Positions 1 to 9,037 of a stretch of DNA of 64,000 nucleotides are shown piece after piece. Within the stretch, counting starts at the first letter, position 1. Each line of letters starts with the position of its first letter. The notes under the pieces are model-generated. The model ran no database searches. It was not told the origin of the DNA and saw only the letters and a list, made by a program, of their open reading frames with translations. Location of the stretch: assembly GCA_963675665.1 (NCBI GenBank), contig OY776510.1, positions 2,816,001 through 2,880,000 of the forward strand, written 5' to 3'. The stretch comes from Spirochaetia bacterium. Its GTDB lineage: Bacteria > Spirochaetota > Spirochaetia > UBA9216. The position numbers and the translations under genes were made by a program.

Positions 1-1
1 T

Positions 2-190
2 CTCGTCATAGTCGATGAGTTGGGGCCTCTCGAACTTGCGGGGCAGGGGCATTTTTATCCGGTATACGGACTACTCCGTAATTTCGACAATACAGTCTGT
101 CTTGTAATACGTGAAACTGTTGTTGAAGAGATACTTGATAAACTTTTTGTCGATATTAAAAAAACAGAGTTTATCAGGCCCAGTAGTTAG
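2..190 (+). CDS. C-terminal fragment of a P-loop NTPase (THEP1/NTPase_1-like), truncated by the window edge
   Basis: Open frame from base 2 reads LVIVDELGPLELAGQG...IRPSS*, stop TAG at 188-190; hhhhDE-GP-EL is the Walker B context of this family. Absent from the ORF track because the start lies outside the window. Confidence 0.6.
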   Translation, partial: LVIVDELGPLELAGQGHFYPVYGLLRNFDNTVCLVIRETVVEEILDKLFVDIKKTEFIRPSS

Positions 191-416
191 CCTTTTTCCT
201 GCTTACCTTCATTCTGAACATACAGCCCGCTATGGAACAGGCCATTTTAAGTTCTGCTTCGGGATCCCTCGACGATGTAACGGAAACCAGACCGGAGTTG
301 AGTTTAATGGATACATCGGAGATTTTTTCACTTACCAGAACCGCTTTACGAAGTTTTTCGGCTTTTTCGGAAGTGATGCCGTCTACAAGAAATAAATAAG
401 TTGTCGCTTTAGCCAT
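174..416 (-). CDS. Small HMA-fold-like protein lacking the CxxC metal motif
   Basis: 80 aa; pattern 'YLFLVDGIT...LRKAV...ISDVSIKLNSGLVSVTS' resembles the beta-alpha-beta-beta heavy-metal-associated fold, but GITSEKA replaces GMxCxxC. Confidence 0.45.
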   Translation of the reverse strand: MAKATTYLFLVDGITSEKAEKLRKAVLVSEKISDVSIKLNSGLVSVTSSRDPEAELKMACSIAGCMFRMKVSRKKANYWA

Positions 417-550
417 ATCACTAAGATAGACAAATACGATATTTTTGTCAAAAGGTTTCTTATTCCTCTTCTTTTTTTCTTTTTAGGATTGAAATATTGG
501 TATATTGAGGTTAAATTTAACTAAATGAATATCAATTCAGGAGTATAAAA

Positions 551-1096
551 ATGAAAAGGCTAATTTTGACAGTAATTGCAGTTGTTTCGGTTCTTTTGTT
601 ATTTTCATGCGGATCCGGCAGTTCGGATTTACCTGATTTCGTAATGGAACCGCCCATTTCTGATGATGCATTTTATGGTGTAGGATATGGCAAACAAGCG
701 AAAGAAAGCCTGTCCATTACCGTTGCGAAAACAAATGCAAGAGCTGATATCGCCAGGCAGATCAGCACCACAATTCAGGCTTCCGTAACTGATTATGCAC
801 AGGAAGCAGGAGTGGATGACAATACTCAGGTAATCAGTTTCGTTGAATCGGTAACAAGAGAAATCACTGATCAGAAATTATCCGGCGCCAAACAGATCCA
901 GATGGAAAGAGATAAAGACGGCGGTTTCTGGGTACTTATGCAGTATGATAAAGCTGCAATGATTGAGATGGTCTCAGAATCTTTCCAGAGAAACGAAGAC
1001 GCTGCTTTTGCTGAATTCAAGGCTGCACAGGCAATTGAGAAACTGGACTACCAGCTCCAGAATAATCCTACTGTTTCAGAACCTGTAGGTAAGTAA
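551..1096 (+). CDS. LPP20-family lipoprotein
   Basis: Lipobox LLFSC; 'PDFV...FYGVG...AKTNARADIARQISTTI' LPP20 signature; AGGAG RBS upstream. Confidence 0.8.
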   Translation: MKRLILTVIAVVSVLLLFSCGSGSSDLPDFVMEPPISDDAFYGVGYGKQAKESLSITVAKTNARADIARQISTTIQASVTDYAQEAGVDDNTQVISFVESVTREITDQKLSGAKQIQMERDKDGGFWVLMQYDKAAMIEMVSESFQRNEDAAFAEFKAAQAIEKLDYQLQNNPTVSEPVGK

Positions 1097-1114
1097 AAAA
1101 ATACAAAAAACCTG

Positions 1115-1152
1115 AAAGCTGATCAGTCTCTGATCAGCTTTATTCTTTTTTC
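1115..1152 (+). terminator. Hairpin / intrinsic terminator between the two LPP20 genes
   Basis: AAAGCTGATCAG-tct-CTGATCAGCTTT, a perfect 12-bp stem, followed by a T-rich tract. Confidence 0.65.
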
Positions 1153-1164
1153 TACGGGGGGATT

Positions 1165-2532
1165 ATGTTAAAAAGAAATCAACACGGAATCGGGATCATT
1201 ATGTTATTAACGACGGTTGCGGCCGCCGTTTTGCTGTTTATTACATCATGTGCTTCAACACCGGATAAGCCCGAATGGATGATCAATTATCCGATTGATA
1301 ATGCCTACTATATCGGAATCGCCGGATCGAACACGGGTAATCAGGCTGAAGATAATGAAATTGCCAAACAGCTCGCCATGTCGACGCTTTCCGCGGAAAT
1401 TTCTGTTGAAATCATCAGTGAGATCAATATTCGTACATCAGAAGACAATAAAGGAAATGCCGAACAGGCGGTAGAAGAAGCAATCTCACAACACGTAGCA
1501 CAAAACCTCAAGGCTGTAGAAACTGTTGACGGGTTCTATTCTCCTGAGGACGGATACTGGTACTACCTGAGACTGAACAAGGCTGAGTGGATGGCGATTC
1601 AAAAGAAGGAAATGGCCGATATCGAACGCAGGGTCAAGAACCTTGTAGAACCGGTGCTTGGTAATGCAGATCGCACAATGGCTGAGATTCTTCCCGTGCT
1701 TGTGGACGGCTGGTCGATTGTGAATGAATCCACATATCCCGGCATGATTGAAACCAGTCTGATGGGTGAAAAAGGTATGCTGATAGACCTTCTTGAACGG
1801 CAGATTGCACTCCAAATAGGTTCGTTATCCATAAATCTTTCGAGTGAAGAAATGGCAGCTGAAGCCGGACGGCCGGTCCCCCTTCAGTTTACAGTGAATA
1901 CATCCAAAGATAACAAACCAGGGCAGCTTCAGATAGATCTTGTCGATAGAAACAGCGGCAGGCCTCTGGTAAGCTGTACAACCCCCTCGAGCGGCAGATA
2001 CGACGATAATATTGATTTATCCGGCCTTGTTCCGGGCAAGAATTATATTACGGCAGTTCTGAACACAGACGTTCTCGGATATGAAGGAAAAGCAATTCAG
2101 CTCAACCCTCCGAAAACCGATTTTATGATCGATTTGCAGAAGATAAAAACCGGTTTATCTGTCGATTATACCGGCGATCTAGATGAATTTGAAAATGAGG
2201 CCGGAATCTACGGAACAATCAAGGCTATGCTTTCCGATTCTCTTCCGGTAAAGATCGAAAGCGGTGATGATTATACATTCGGAATTGACTTCAAGCTTAA
2301 TTACCGTGATGCCCCGCCGAATGATTACGGTTTCACTATCGTCTATATTAAGGCGAATATTTCAATACTGAGAAACGGTGCAAGCATTTACACATACGAG
2401 ACTGATGAAGCCAAAGGTGCCGGGTTAAACTGGACGCAGGCCAATACCAAGGGCCTTGAAAAGCTTTTTGAAGAATTCAGTTCAGACGGTGTTTTTGCTG
2501 AAGAAGCCGGCAAGGCATTCAGTATCGATTAG
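1165..2532 (+). CDS. LPP20-domain lipoprotein with C-terminal extension
   Basis: Lipobox FITSC; 'KPEWM...YYIGIA...AKQLAMSTLSAEISVEI' LPP20 motif; 455 aa. Confidence 0.75.
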   Translation: MLKRNQHGIGIIMLLTTVAAAVLLFITSCASTPDKPEWMINYPIDNAYYIGIAGSNTGNQAEDNEIAKQLAMSTLSAEISVEIISEINIRTSEDNKGNAEQAVEEAISQHVAQNLKAVETVDGFYSPEDGYWYYLRLNKAEWMAIQKKEMADIERRVKNLVEPVLGNADRTMAEILPVLVDGWSIVNESTYPGMIETSLMGEKGMLIDLLERQIALQIGSLSINLSSEEMAAEAGRPVPLQFTVNTSKDNKPGQLQIDLVDRNSGRPLVSCTTPSSGRYDDNIDLSGLVPGKNYITAVLNTDVLGYEGKAIQLNPPKTDFMIDLQKIKTGLSVDYTGDLDEFENEAGIYGTIKAMLSDSLPVKIESGDDYTFGIDFKLNYRDAPPNDYGFTIVYIKANISILRNGASIYTYETDEAKGAGLNWTQANTKGLEKLFEEFSSDGVFAEEAGKAFSID

Positions 2533-2631
2533 TTTATTTTACTGAAAGAGTAAATAATGGTAACCTCTGATATGATGTGACCCATGTCAAGTTAAAATAT
2601 CCAGGTTTTATCTATAAGATCCCCCCCCTGT

Positions 2632-2830
2632 CCAGGACAGGAAGAAAGATAGAACAACGTTTATGCGGCGATAGACCACTCTGATATTCGCGGATTGGTT
2701 ACCGCAGGTCAATGGGATCGTCGGGAGCTGCCTCTGTCTAAAACCGAGGATCAATATTATTATTGCCTCATAGAGGTGCCGAGGGTTCTCCTTTATCACT
2801 GTTGTTGTTCTATCCATCCTTCTGTCCTGG
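2632..2830 (-). ncRNA. Putative bridge RNA / seekRNA of the IS110 element
   Basis: Closed by long stems (CCAGGACAG 2632-2640 / CTGTCCTGG 2822-2830; GATAGAACAAC 2648-2658 / GTTGTTCTATC 2804-2814). Two internal stem-loop domains carry 7-9-nt matches to the target and the IS junctions (2679-2687, 2735-2743, 2771-2777). Confidence 0.85.
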
Positions 2831-2854
2831 TAGCTTATTAACCAACTATCGAAG

Positions 2855-3958
2855 TCATGCGACTTCTGTTCTACCTACCATCATTCCCCAAATAAATCCT
2901 GATAATTCTCTGGCAACTGCCGTAACAGTTTTCTGAGGGCATACCCCTCTACGAATCATCCTGAAATATTTCTTACTCAACCTTCTGCCGGCTTTATCAG
3001 CATAAGCTATTGTTTCAGCAGATTGTCCTTTCCTTCTCGCTGTCAGTCGTTTCGATGGCGAATACCTTTGGTAATGCCAGCTTGATTCCACTAACAGCCG
3101 TCGTAGCCTGGAGTTGCCGGCCTTCGTAATCCCGCCAAGCTTCCGGCCCTCTCCGCTTGAGTATTCTGACGGCACAAGTCCAAGATACGCCATGAAGGAT
3201 TCCGCTTTTTTAAATCTTCTGAAATCTCCTATCTCGCATACAAATGTTAATGCTGTTAATGTCTCTATACCTTTGAAACATCGAAGCCGGGATACCCTTT
3301 CTTTATATCTGTCTTCAGCAGCAATCTCTTCTATTTTTTCCTGCAACCGTTCAATCTTTTCCTCTAATTCCACAATCGCAAGATAATATTCTTTTAAAAC
3401 TTCTTTATGCATTACCTGTTCAAACTGCAAGTTTTTCAACCAGGTTCGATGCGCCCCTGTCCAGTACTTTTTCCCAATATCATATTTCTTCCCGTTCCTT
3501 AGCAGAAACTGTAAGAGCCTCTGTTTCTGTTTCCTCAAATCAATTTTCATATCGTTACACATCCTCATGTAATCACGAACTGATTCATCTGTGCGTGTCG
3601 GTATATTCACCGGTGTTATTTCCTGATTCCTTAATGCTCTGGCTAATTTGACTGCATCCCTCTTGTCTGTCTTTATTCGGTCTCCGGGTTTCCTCGGCAA
3701 TAATGATGGTGCTGCTACGTAACAGATAATTCCCATATCTTCAAGTAATCTATAAAGTGTAAATCCTGTAGGGCCTGCTTCGTAACAACACAGAATATTT
3801 TCTCCATTCTCTTTAAGTCGCTTGAAGAATCTTTTAATATTTCCGGGTTCGTTCCTGAGCTCTCTTTCAAACTCAGGATTCTGATAATTATCTCTGAATA
3901 CCGCTACTGCGATTGATTCCTTGTGGACATCCATCCCTACATAAATTACACTATTCAT
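2855..3958 (-). CDS. IS110-family transposase / bridge recombinase
   Basis: RuvC-like DEDD residues in GMDVHK, CYEAG, KTDKRDA; C-terminal GLVPSEYSSG catalytic-Ser motif and ITKAGNSRLRRLL. Start placed at ATG 3958 behind a GGAGG RBS (the track start at 4003 is probably an extension). Confidence 0.95.
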   Translation of the reverse strand: MNSVIYVGMDVHKESIAVAVFRDNYQNPEFERELRNEPGNIKRFFKRLKENGENILCCYEAGPTGFTLYRLLEDMGIICYVAAPSLLPRKPGDRIKTDKRDAVKLARALRNQEITPVNIPTRTDESVRDYMRMCNDMKIDLRKQKQRLLQFLLRNGKKYDIGKKYWTGAHRTWLKNLQFEQVMHKEVLKEYYLAIVELEEKIERLQEKIEEIAAEDRYKERVSRLRCFKGIETLTALTFVCEIGDFRRFKKAESFMAYLGLVPSEYSSGEGRKLGGITKAGNSRLRRLLVESSWHYQRYSPSKRLTARRKGQSAETIAYADKAGRRLSKKYFRMIRRGVCPQKTVTAVARELSGFIWGMMVGRTEVA

Positions 3959-4062
3959 AGTGGCCTCCGTTCCTTTGTATGTGGCGTGTCTGCGCTTTGC
4001 CATTAGCCATTGTGTAGGCTAATCCACGATTTTGCAAACACGGCGGTCACTTCATATTGTCT

Positions 4063-4120
4063 AAAAACCCTGAATTGGGGTCTTTAGAGGTTTGAAACAT
4101 TCTGTGTTTTAGAAGTCCCC
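4063..4120. repeat. REP-like palindromic element that served as the IS target (left arm at 2559-2568)
   Basis: Empty site reads AACCTCTAAAAACCC-tgaatt-GGGGTCTTTAGAGGTT, followed by a third related arm TTTTAGAAGTCCCC. Confidence 0.7.
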
Positions 4121-4303
4121 TTATCTTTCAGATTCTACCGGCTGTGAAAATTCGCCATTATCAGAAATATTACAACTACAGAAAATATCTGAAATTCCTC
4201 TCCGTAAACCGAACCGGGGATGTGCAGTCTCGCATACATCAGCAGGGCTGTACCGGTTTTCTGCGCTTGAATTCATGATGATTTTCTTATAATATCGGGT
4301 TTC

Positions 4304-4341
4304 GGCGGTCGCAGTTACCCGCCTTAACAAAACGACGGAGG
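4304..4341 (+). promoter_or_regulatory. preQ1 class I riboswitch (translational)
   Basis: GGCGG-TCGCAGTTAC-CCGCC-TTAACAAAACGA-C-GGAGG: 5-bp P1, a UCGCAGUxAC loop, and an A-rich tail abutting the Shine-Dalgarno; lies upstream of a queuosine precursor transporter; TATAAT at 4288-4293. Confidence 0.92.
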
Positions 4342-4348
4342 CACATCA

Positions 4349-5032
4349 ATGAATGCTCTTCTATGGTTTATAATGCTTATTATAAACTTTGCGGCAATAA
4401 TGCTTGCATACAGGCTCTGGGGTAAAACAGGGCTGTTTATCTGGATCCCGATATCGGTTATTGCGGCAAATATTCAGGTTTTAAAAACTGTTGAAATCTT
4501 CGGCTTGATTGCTACTCTCGGAAATATCGTATATGCGACATCCTTTCTTGTAACCGATATTCTGAGTGAAAATTACGGAAAAAAAGACGCGTCAAAGGCC
4601 GTCGGAATGGGTTTCTTTGCCCTGATCTCCATGACGGTGCTGATGCAGTTCGCACTTAATTTTATACCTCATCAATCAGATTTTGCTCAAGGCAGTCTTG
4701 AGACTATTTTCGGTATAATGCCCCGAATTGCAGCAGGCAGCCTTGCCGCCTATGCCCTCTCGCAGTTGCATGATGTTTGGGCCTATAACAGGCTGAAGGC
4801 CCGCAAACCCGGGAAAAAATACATCTGGATAAGAAACAACGCCTCAACAATGATCAGCCAGCTGATCGACAGTGTAGTATTTACGCTTATTGCGTTTGCA
4901 GGCGTGTTTGAGTTCGCCGTACTTGTTGAAATTCTTTTAACAACCTACCTTTTCAAATGGATTGTGGCGGCAGCCGATACGCCGTTTATATACCTGGCCC
5001 GAAGCTGGAAAGACAGGGGGCTGGTAGAGTAA
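4349..5032 (+). CDS. yhhQ: Queuosine precursor transporter (YhhQ/Vut_1, COG1738)
   Basis: Membrane protein with 'FLVTDILSENYG', 'RIAAGSLAAY..SQLHDV', 'WIRNNASTMISQLIDS', 'DTPFIY'; preceded by the preQ1 riboswitch. Confidence 0.92.
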   Translation: MNALLWFIMLIINFAAIMLAYRLWGKTGLFIWIPISVIAANIQVLKTVEIFGLIATLGNIVYATSFLVTDILSENYGKKDASKAVGMGFFALISMTVLMQFALNFIPHQSDFAQGSLETIFGIMPRIAAGSLAAYALSQLHDVWAYNRLKARKPGKKYIWIRNNASTMISQLIDSVVFTLIAFAGVFEFAVLVEILLTTYLFKWIVAAADTPFIYLARSWKDRGLVE

Positions 5033-5047
5033 AAGTTGCCGGCAGGT

Positions 5048-6847
5048 TTATATTTTAAATCTGGAAGTTTGTTCGGCAAGGACTGAAATACAGGTTCGGT
5101 TTCTTGCCGACAGATCTGCAGAAGCTCCGGCTGCTTTATTTATCTCTATTGTACCGTTTTCGATTTCAGTGATACTGTTTGAAACTTCAAAAGATATCCT
5201 GTTCAGCTGCTCAAACAGGGCCGACAACTGTGTAGTTCCGCTCTGCATATTATCTGAGCGTTCTTTTACTTCAGATGTAATCACTTTTAATGAAGACAAT
5301 GCTTCAAGTATCTGACTGCTTCCGGCAGATTGTTCTTCCATCGCATTATTGATATGATCATTTATTGGTTTCATGTTGTTAACATGATCTATCATTCCTT
5401 CAAAAGCTTCGTCGGTGTTTCGTGTTGAACCAACAATATCGTTAATGGAATCGAGAACTGATTTAAGCGAGTTGCCTATGGATTTTGACTGTATTGCACT
5501 CTGTTCTGCTAGTTTCCTAATCTCGTCGGCTACAACACTGAACCCTTTGCCTGCTTCTCCTGCATGGGCGGCTTCAATTGCAGCATTCATTGCCAGAAGA
5601 TTTGTCTGCGCCGCAATGCCGGCAATTACTGAATTCGCCTGTTGCAGGATTTCCGATTGTCCTTCTATCCGGCCGGCCTGTGCCCCGACGGTTTCAATCA
5701 GCTGTTTGCCGTTTTCGGTTGCGGACTGCAACTGCTGAAATAGCTGGTCGGATCTTTTAACGCTGTTTGAGACCGAATTAATATTACTCAACATCTGTTC
5801 AATTGATGCGGAAGATTCTTCGATGCTTGAAGACTGGCTGTCTATGCTTTTATCGAGAGTTCCCACCTCATCGTTAATTTTTTCCAGGTTGTCTGTATAT
5901 CTTGTAAGAAACCCGAGTTGCTGCTCAATCAGGGATTTGACGCTGCTGATATTCGCGGAAATTTCAGTGATTGCGGCAGAAGTCTGTTCAACATTTGATG
6001 AAAGTTCTTCCCCTGTATTACCGAGTTCATTCTCGGATTCGATAATTTTTTTAACCAGAAAACTGATCTTATCCATAAAACTGTTATATGTTTCCGCCAT
6101 CCTGCCTATTTCATCATGCGAAACCTGTTTTATACGTTTTGAAAGATCCCCGTCTCCGGAGGTAATTTCCTCAAAAGCATTATTCATCAGGTTAATCGGA
6201 TCCGTAACCCTTCGGCCGATAATGAATGCCGTGATGAAGCATATACCCATAACTGAAAGAACGCATAAGGCATAAGTCAGAAAAGCTTTATTTTTGACTC
6301 CCTGGACAGATTCGGCTGAAATATCGGCTCCAAGAGCTATAATAAGTTTTCCCGAAGAATCTGTAACAGGCAGGCATGCGCTTTTAAAAGTTCCCCATTC
6401 GTCAGTATAGAACTCCCTGTCTATTACAATTTCACCCTTCTCGCAGGCTTCGTAAAGGCTGTTCCATTCCGTTACTTCGGATAAAAATGATGAATCTTCA
6501 GGAGGGTCGTCAATATCGCCGCTGTCCATGACAAAAACATATTTGCCGGAAGGATCTTTTATTATCCCGTAAATATATTCCGTTCCCATTGCCCTGTTAA
6601 GGGCACTCAGTCTGCTTATTGCATTTTGATAATATGCAGTCTCCCTTGCTCCCGGCAGAAGAAGCTTGTCTGCATCGTCGAATTCAAGCATTGTATTTGC
6701 TGAATTGACGGCATGTACAAGGTTTTCATCAATTGAATGTTCAATAAATTTTAAATAACTGTATAAAATTAATCCTCCGGACAGAACTGTACCGAATGAT
6801 GTGATAATTAGAATTGCAATTATAATTTTTACTCTAAATGATTTCAC
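5048..6847 (-). CDS. Methyl-accepting chemotaxis protein
   Basis: Two TM helices around a periplasmic sensor domain, HAMP (GDLSKRI...DEIGRMA), signalling hairpin [38 protein letters not shown]. Confidence 0.95.
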   Translation of the reverse strand: MKSFRVKIIIAILIITSFGTVLSGGLILYSYLKFIEHSIDENLVHAVNSANTMLEFDDADKLLLPGARETAYYQNAISRLSALNRAMGTEYIYGIIKDPSGKYVFVMDSGDIDDPPEDSSFLSEVTEWNSLYEACEKGEIVIDREFYTDEWGTFKSACLPVTDSSGKLIIALGADISAESVQGVKNKAFLTYALCVLSVMGICFITAFIIGRRVTDPINLMNNAFEEITSGDGDLSKRIKQVSHDEIGRMAETYNSFMDKISFLVKKIIESENELGNTGEELSSNVEQTSAAITEISANISSVKSLIEQQLGFLTRYTDNLEKINDEVGTLDKSIDSQSSSIEESSASIEQMLSNINSVSNSVKRSDQLFQQLQSATENGKQLIETVGAQAGRIEGQSEILQQANSVIAGIAAQTNLLAMNAAIEAAHAGEAGKGFSVVADEIRKLAEQSAIQSKSIGNSLKSVLDSINDIVGSTRNTDEAFEGMIDHVNNMKPINDHINNAMEEQSAGSSQILEALSSLKVITSEVKERSDNMQSGTTQLSALFEQLNRISFEVSNSITEIENGTIEINKAAGASADLSARNRTCISVLAEQTSRFKI

Positions 6848-7133
6848 AGACGCCTCCGTTAGAAAAATATGTTAACATAGCAGTGACGAATGTAAATATA
6901 ATTTTAGCTGTTCATACAAATAACATAAAATAATAACTGAAAAATCAGAGCCGGATCTTTTTAATGATGCTTGCTTTCACAAGTTAGTGGTAATGCCGGT
7001 TGGCGAAAGATGGTGCAAACATTACAGAAACATTACAATTTTGAAATGTGTATGCCTGCCGCGGTTAAAATATTGACGGTTTTCAGAAGACTTTTTATAT
7101 TAATAGGGAATTTAATAACATCAGGAGTGGTTC

Positions 7134-8135
7134 ATGCCAAACGTACAGACAGTATATTTAAGCGACGGTAAAACTGAATTGCCGGTTGAACTTGAAAAGA
7201 TACTTTCAATCGAAAAGGAAATGCGGAAAGTTCTTGTGGGTCAGGATTATCTTGTAAACAGGCTTCTGATTGGTCTGATCTGCAACCAGCATGTGTTGAT
7301 AGAAGGGGTGCCGGGGCTGGCTAAAACGCTCTCGGTTAATACCTTGGCAAAAACACTGGGCCTTGATTTTAAACGTATTCAGTTTACCCCTGATTTGCTT
7401 CCCGCAGATATTGTCGGAACTTTGATTTACAATCCCAAAACAGGTGAGTTTTCTCCGAAGAAGGGTCCGGTATTCAGCAATATTATTCTTGCCGATGAAA
7501 TAAATCGTGCTCCGGCAAAGGTACAGTCGGCATTACTGGAATCAATGCAGGAACGGCAGGTCACTATCGGGGATGAAACATGGCCGCTGGAACAGCCTTT
7601 TATGGTTATGGCAACGCAGAACCCAATTGAACAGGAAGGAACCTATCCGCTGCCTGAAGCTCAGGTCGACAGGTTTATGCTTAAAGTCAGAATTACATAT
7701 CCCGACAAGGCTGAGGAACTGAAGATTTTAAGGCTGATGGCCCGTTCGGTTCCGGTCGGAGAAATTGACAAAGTTGCTTCAGCAAAAGATATCCTTGTCC
7801 TGCGGGACTTCCTTGACAAAGTACATATCGAGCCTGTGATTGAGGAATATATTGTAGATCTGGTTCAGGCCGGCAGGAATCCTGACGTATACGGGATTGA
7901 TGCCGCACATTTAATCAAGTACGGAGCATCTCCGCGCGCGACAATTTATCTTACGCTTGCCGCAAAAGCCGTCGCCCTTCTTGAAGGCCGAAGCTATGTG
8001 ATTCCTGCTGATGTAGCCGGGATTGCATTTGACGTATTGCGTCACAGGCTTATCCCGAGTTATGAAGCAGAGGCTGAAGGTCTGAGTCCGGATGATATAG
8101 TCGGGATGATAATCGATAAAGTTCCGGCCCCGTAA
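7134..8135 (+). CDS. moxR: MoxR-family AAA+ ATPase
   Basis: GVPGLAKT, RIQFTPDLLPAD, LADEINRAPAKVQSALLE, ATQNPIEQEGTYPLPEAQVDRF. Confidence 0.95.
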   Translation: MPNVQTVYLSDGKTELPVELEKILSIEKEMRKVLVGQDYLVNRLLIGLICNQHVLIEGVPGLAKTLSVNTLAKTLGLDFKRIQFTPDLLPADIVGTLIYNPKTGEFSPKKGPVFSNIILADEINRAPAKVQSALLESMQERQVTIGDETWPLEQPFMVMATQNPIEQEGTYPLPEAQVDRFMLKVRITYPDKAEELKILRLMARSVPVGEIDKVASAKDILVLRDFLDKVHIEPVIEEYIVDLVQAGRNPDVYGIDAAHLIKYGASPRATIYLTLAAKAVALLEGRSYVIPADVAGIAFDVLRHRLIPSYEAEAEGLSPDDIVGMIIDKVPAP

Positions 8136-8149
8136 GCTGCAAAGCCGCC

Positions 8150-9037
8150 ATGAACGTCACGATAGATAAAGAAATTCTTAAGAAGGTGGAACTCATCCGG
8201 ATAATGACCAGGCAGAGGGTAACGTCTGTCTTTGCCGGCGAGTTTGAGAGCGCTTTCAGGGGCGAAGGTCTTGAGTTTGAAGAAGTTCGTGAATATCAGC
8301 CCGGCGATGAGATAAGAACGATAGACTGGAATGTTACGGCAAGAACCGGCTTTCCGCATGTTAAACGATTTCGGGAAGAACGTGAGCTGTCGATTTACTT
8401 TCTTGTGGATGTTTCCCCTTCCGCCGGGTTCGGCAGCAGCGGCAGGAACCGGGCCGAAACAGCAGCTGAGATTGTTTCGATATTATCATTTTCCGCAACG
8501 CAAAATAACGACCGTACAGGTCTTCTGCTTTTCTCGGACCGTCCCGAGCTTTTCATTCCGCCGGGCAAAGGTACGACGCATACAATGCATATGGTTCGCG
8601 AGCTTCTGTCGTTTCGCCCCGAGGGAACCGGAACCTCTGTGGCCGCCGCGCTTGATTATCTCGGCAGTGTTGCGCATCGCCGCAGTATAATATTTCTTGT
8701 ATCGGATTTTTATGATCCCGGGTTTTATGACCAGTTGAAGGTGACGGCACAGAGACACGAGATTGTCAGTATGTATCTTTACGATCCTGCCGAAAAAAAA
8801 CTGCCTGTGTGCGGAATGGTTAATTTCACCGATATGGAGACGGGCCGAACCTCTACAATTGACACTTCGAATCGAAGGGTAAGAAACGAATACGAAAAGA
8901 GGTTTTCTCAAAGGCTGGATTCCATGAGGCAGGCATTCGGAAAATACGGATGTGATTTTATTGACCTTGACATATCTGAAGAATACATCCATACGCTCTC
9001 AAGGTTTTTTATTCAGAGGGAACGACGCAGAATATGA
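8150..9037 (+). CDS. DUF58-domain protein
   Basis: GLEFEEVREYQPGDEIRTIDWNVTAR motif; follows moxR. Confidence 0.92.
   Translation: MNVTIDKEILKKVELIRIMTRQRVTSVFAGEFESAFRGEGLEFEEVREYQPGDEIRTIDWNVTARTGFPHVKRFREERELSIYFLVDVSPSAGFGSSGRNRAETAAEIVSILSFSATQNNDRTGLLLFSDRPELFIPPGKGTTHTMHMVRELLSFRPEGTGTSVAAALDYLGSVAHRRSIIFLVSDFYDPGFYDQLKVTAQRHEIVSMYLYDPAEKKLPVCGMVNFTDMETGRTSTIDTSNRRVRNEYEKRFSQRLDSMRQAFGKYGCDFIDLDISEEYIHTLSRFFIQRERRRI

Larger units (their letters stand above)
2567..4062 (-). mobile_element. Complete IS110-family (IS1111-type) insertion sequence
   Basis: CT core at both junctions (2567-2568, 4061-4062); 13-bp sub-terminal IRs ATATGATGTGACC (2570-2582) / GGTCACTTCATAT (4045-4057), 12/13 complementary; DEDD transposase; long structured 3' non-coding end; excising it restores a palindrome. 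Confidence 0.93.

Noticed and set aside
111-395. 94-aa + strand ORF
   Set aside because: Overlaps the better-supported NTPase tail (different frame) and is antisense to 174-416; no recognisable motif.
2608-2817. 69-aa ORF in the IS right end
   Set aside because: Coincides with the structured guide-RNA region; no RBS or protein motif.
3959-4003. N-terminal extension of the transposase
   Set aside because: The GGAGG RBS precedes ATG 3958 and the family motif begins right after it.
4121-4330. 69-aa minus-strand ORF
   Set aside because: Antisense to the yhhQ promoter and riboswitch; no coding features.
6848-7133. Possible c-di-GMP riboswitch upstream of the MCP
   Set aside because: No GGCAAA / GNRA-tetraloop / receptor architecture found on the MCP strand.
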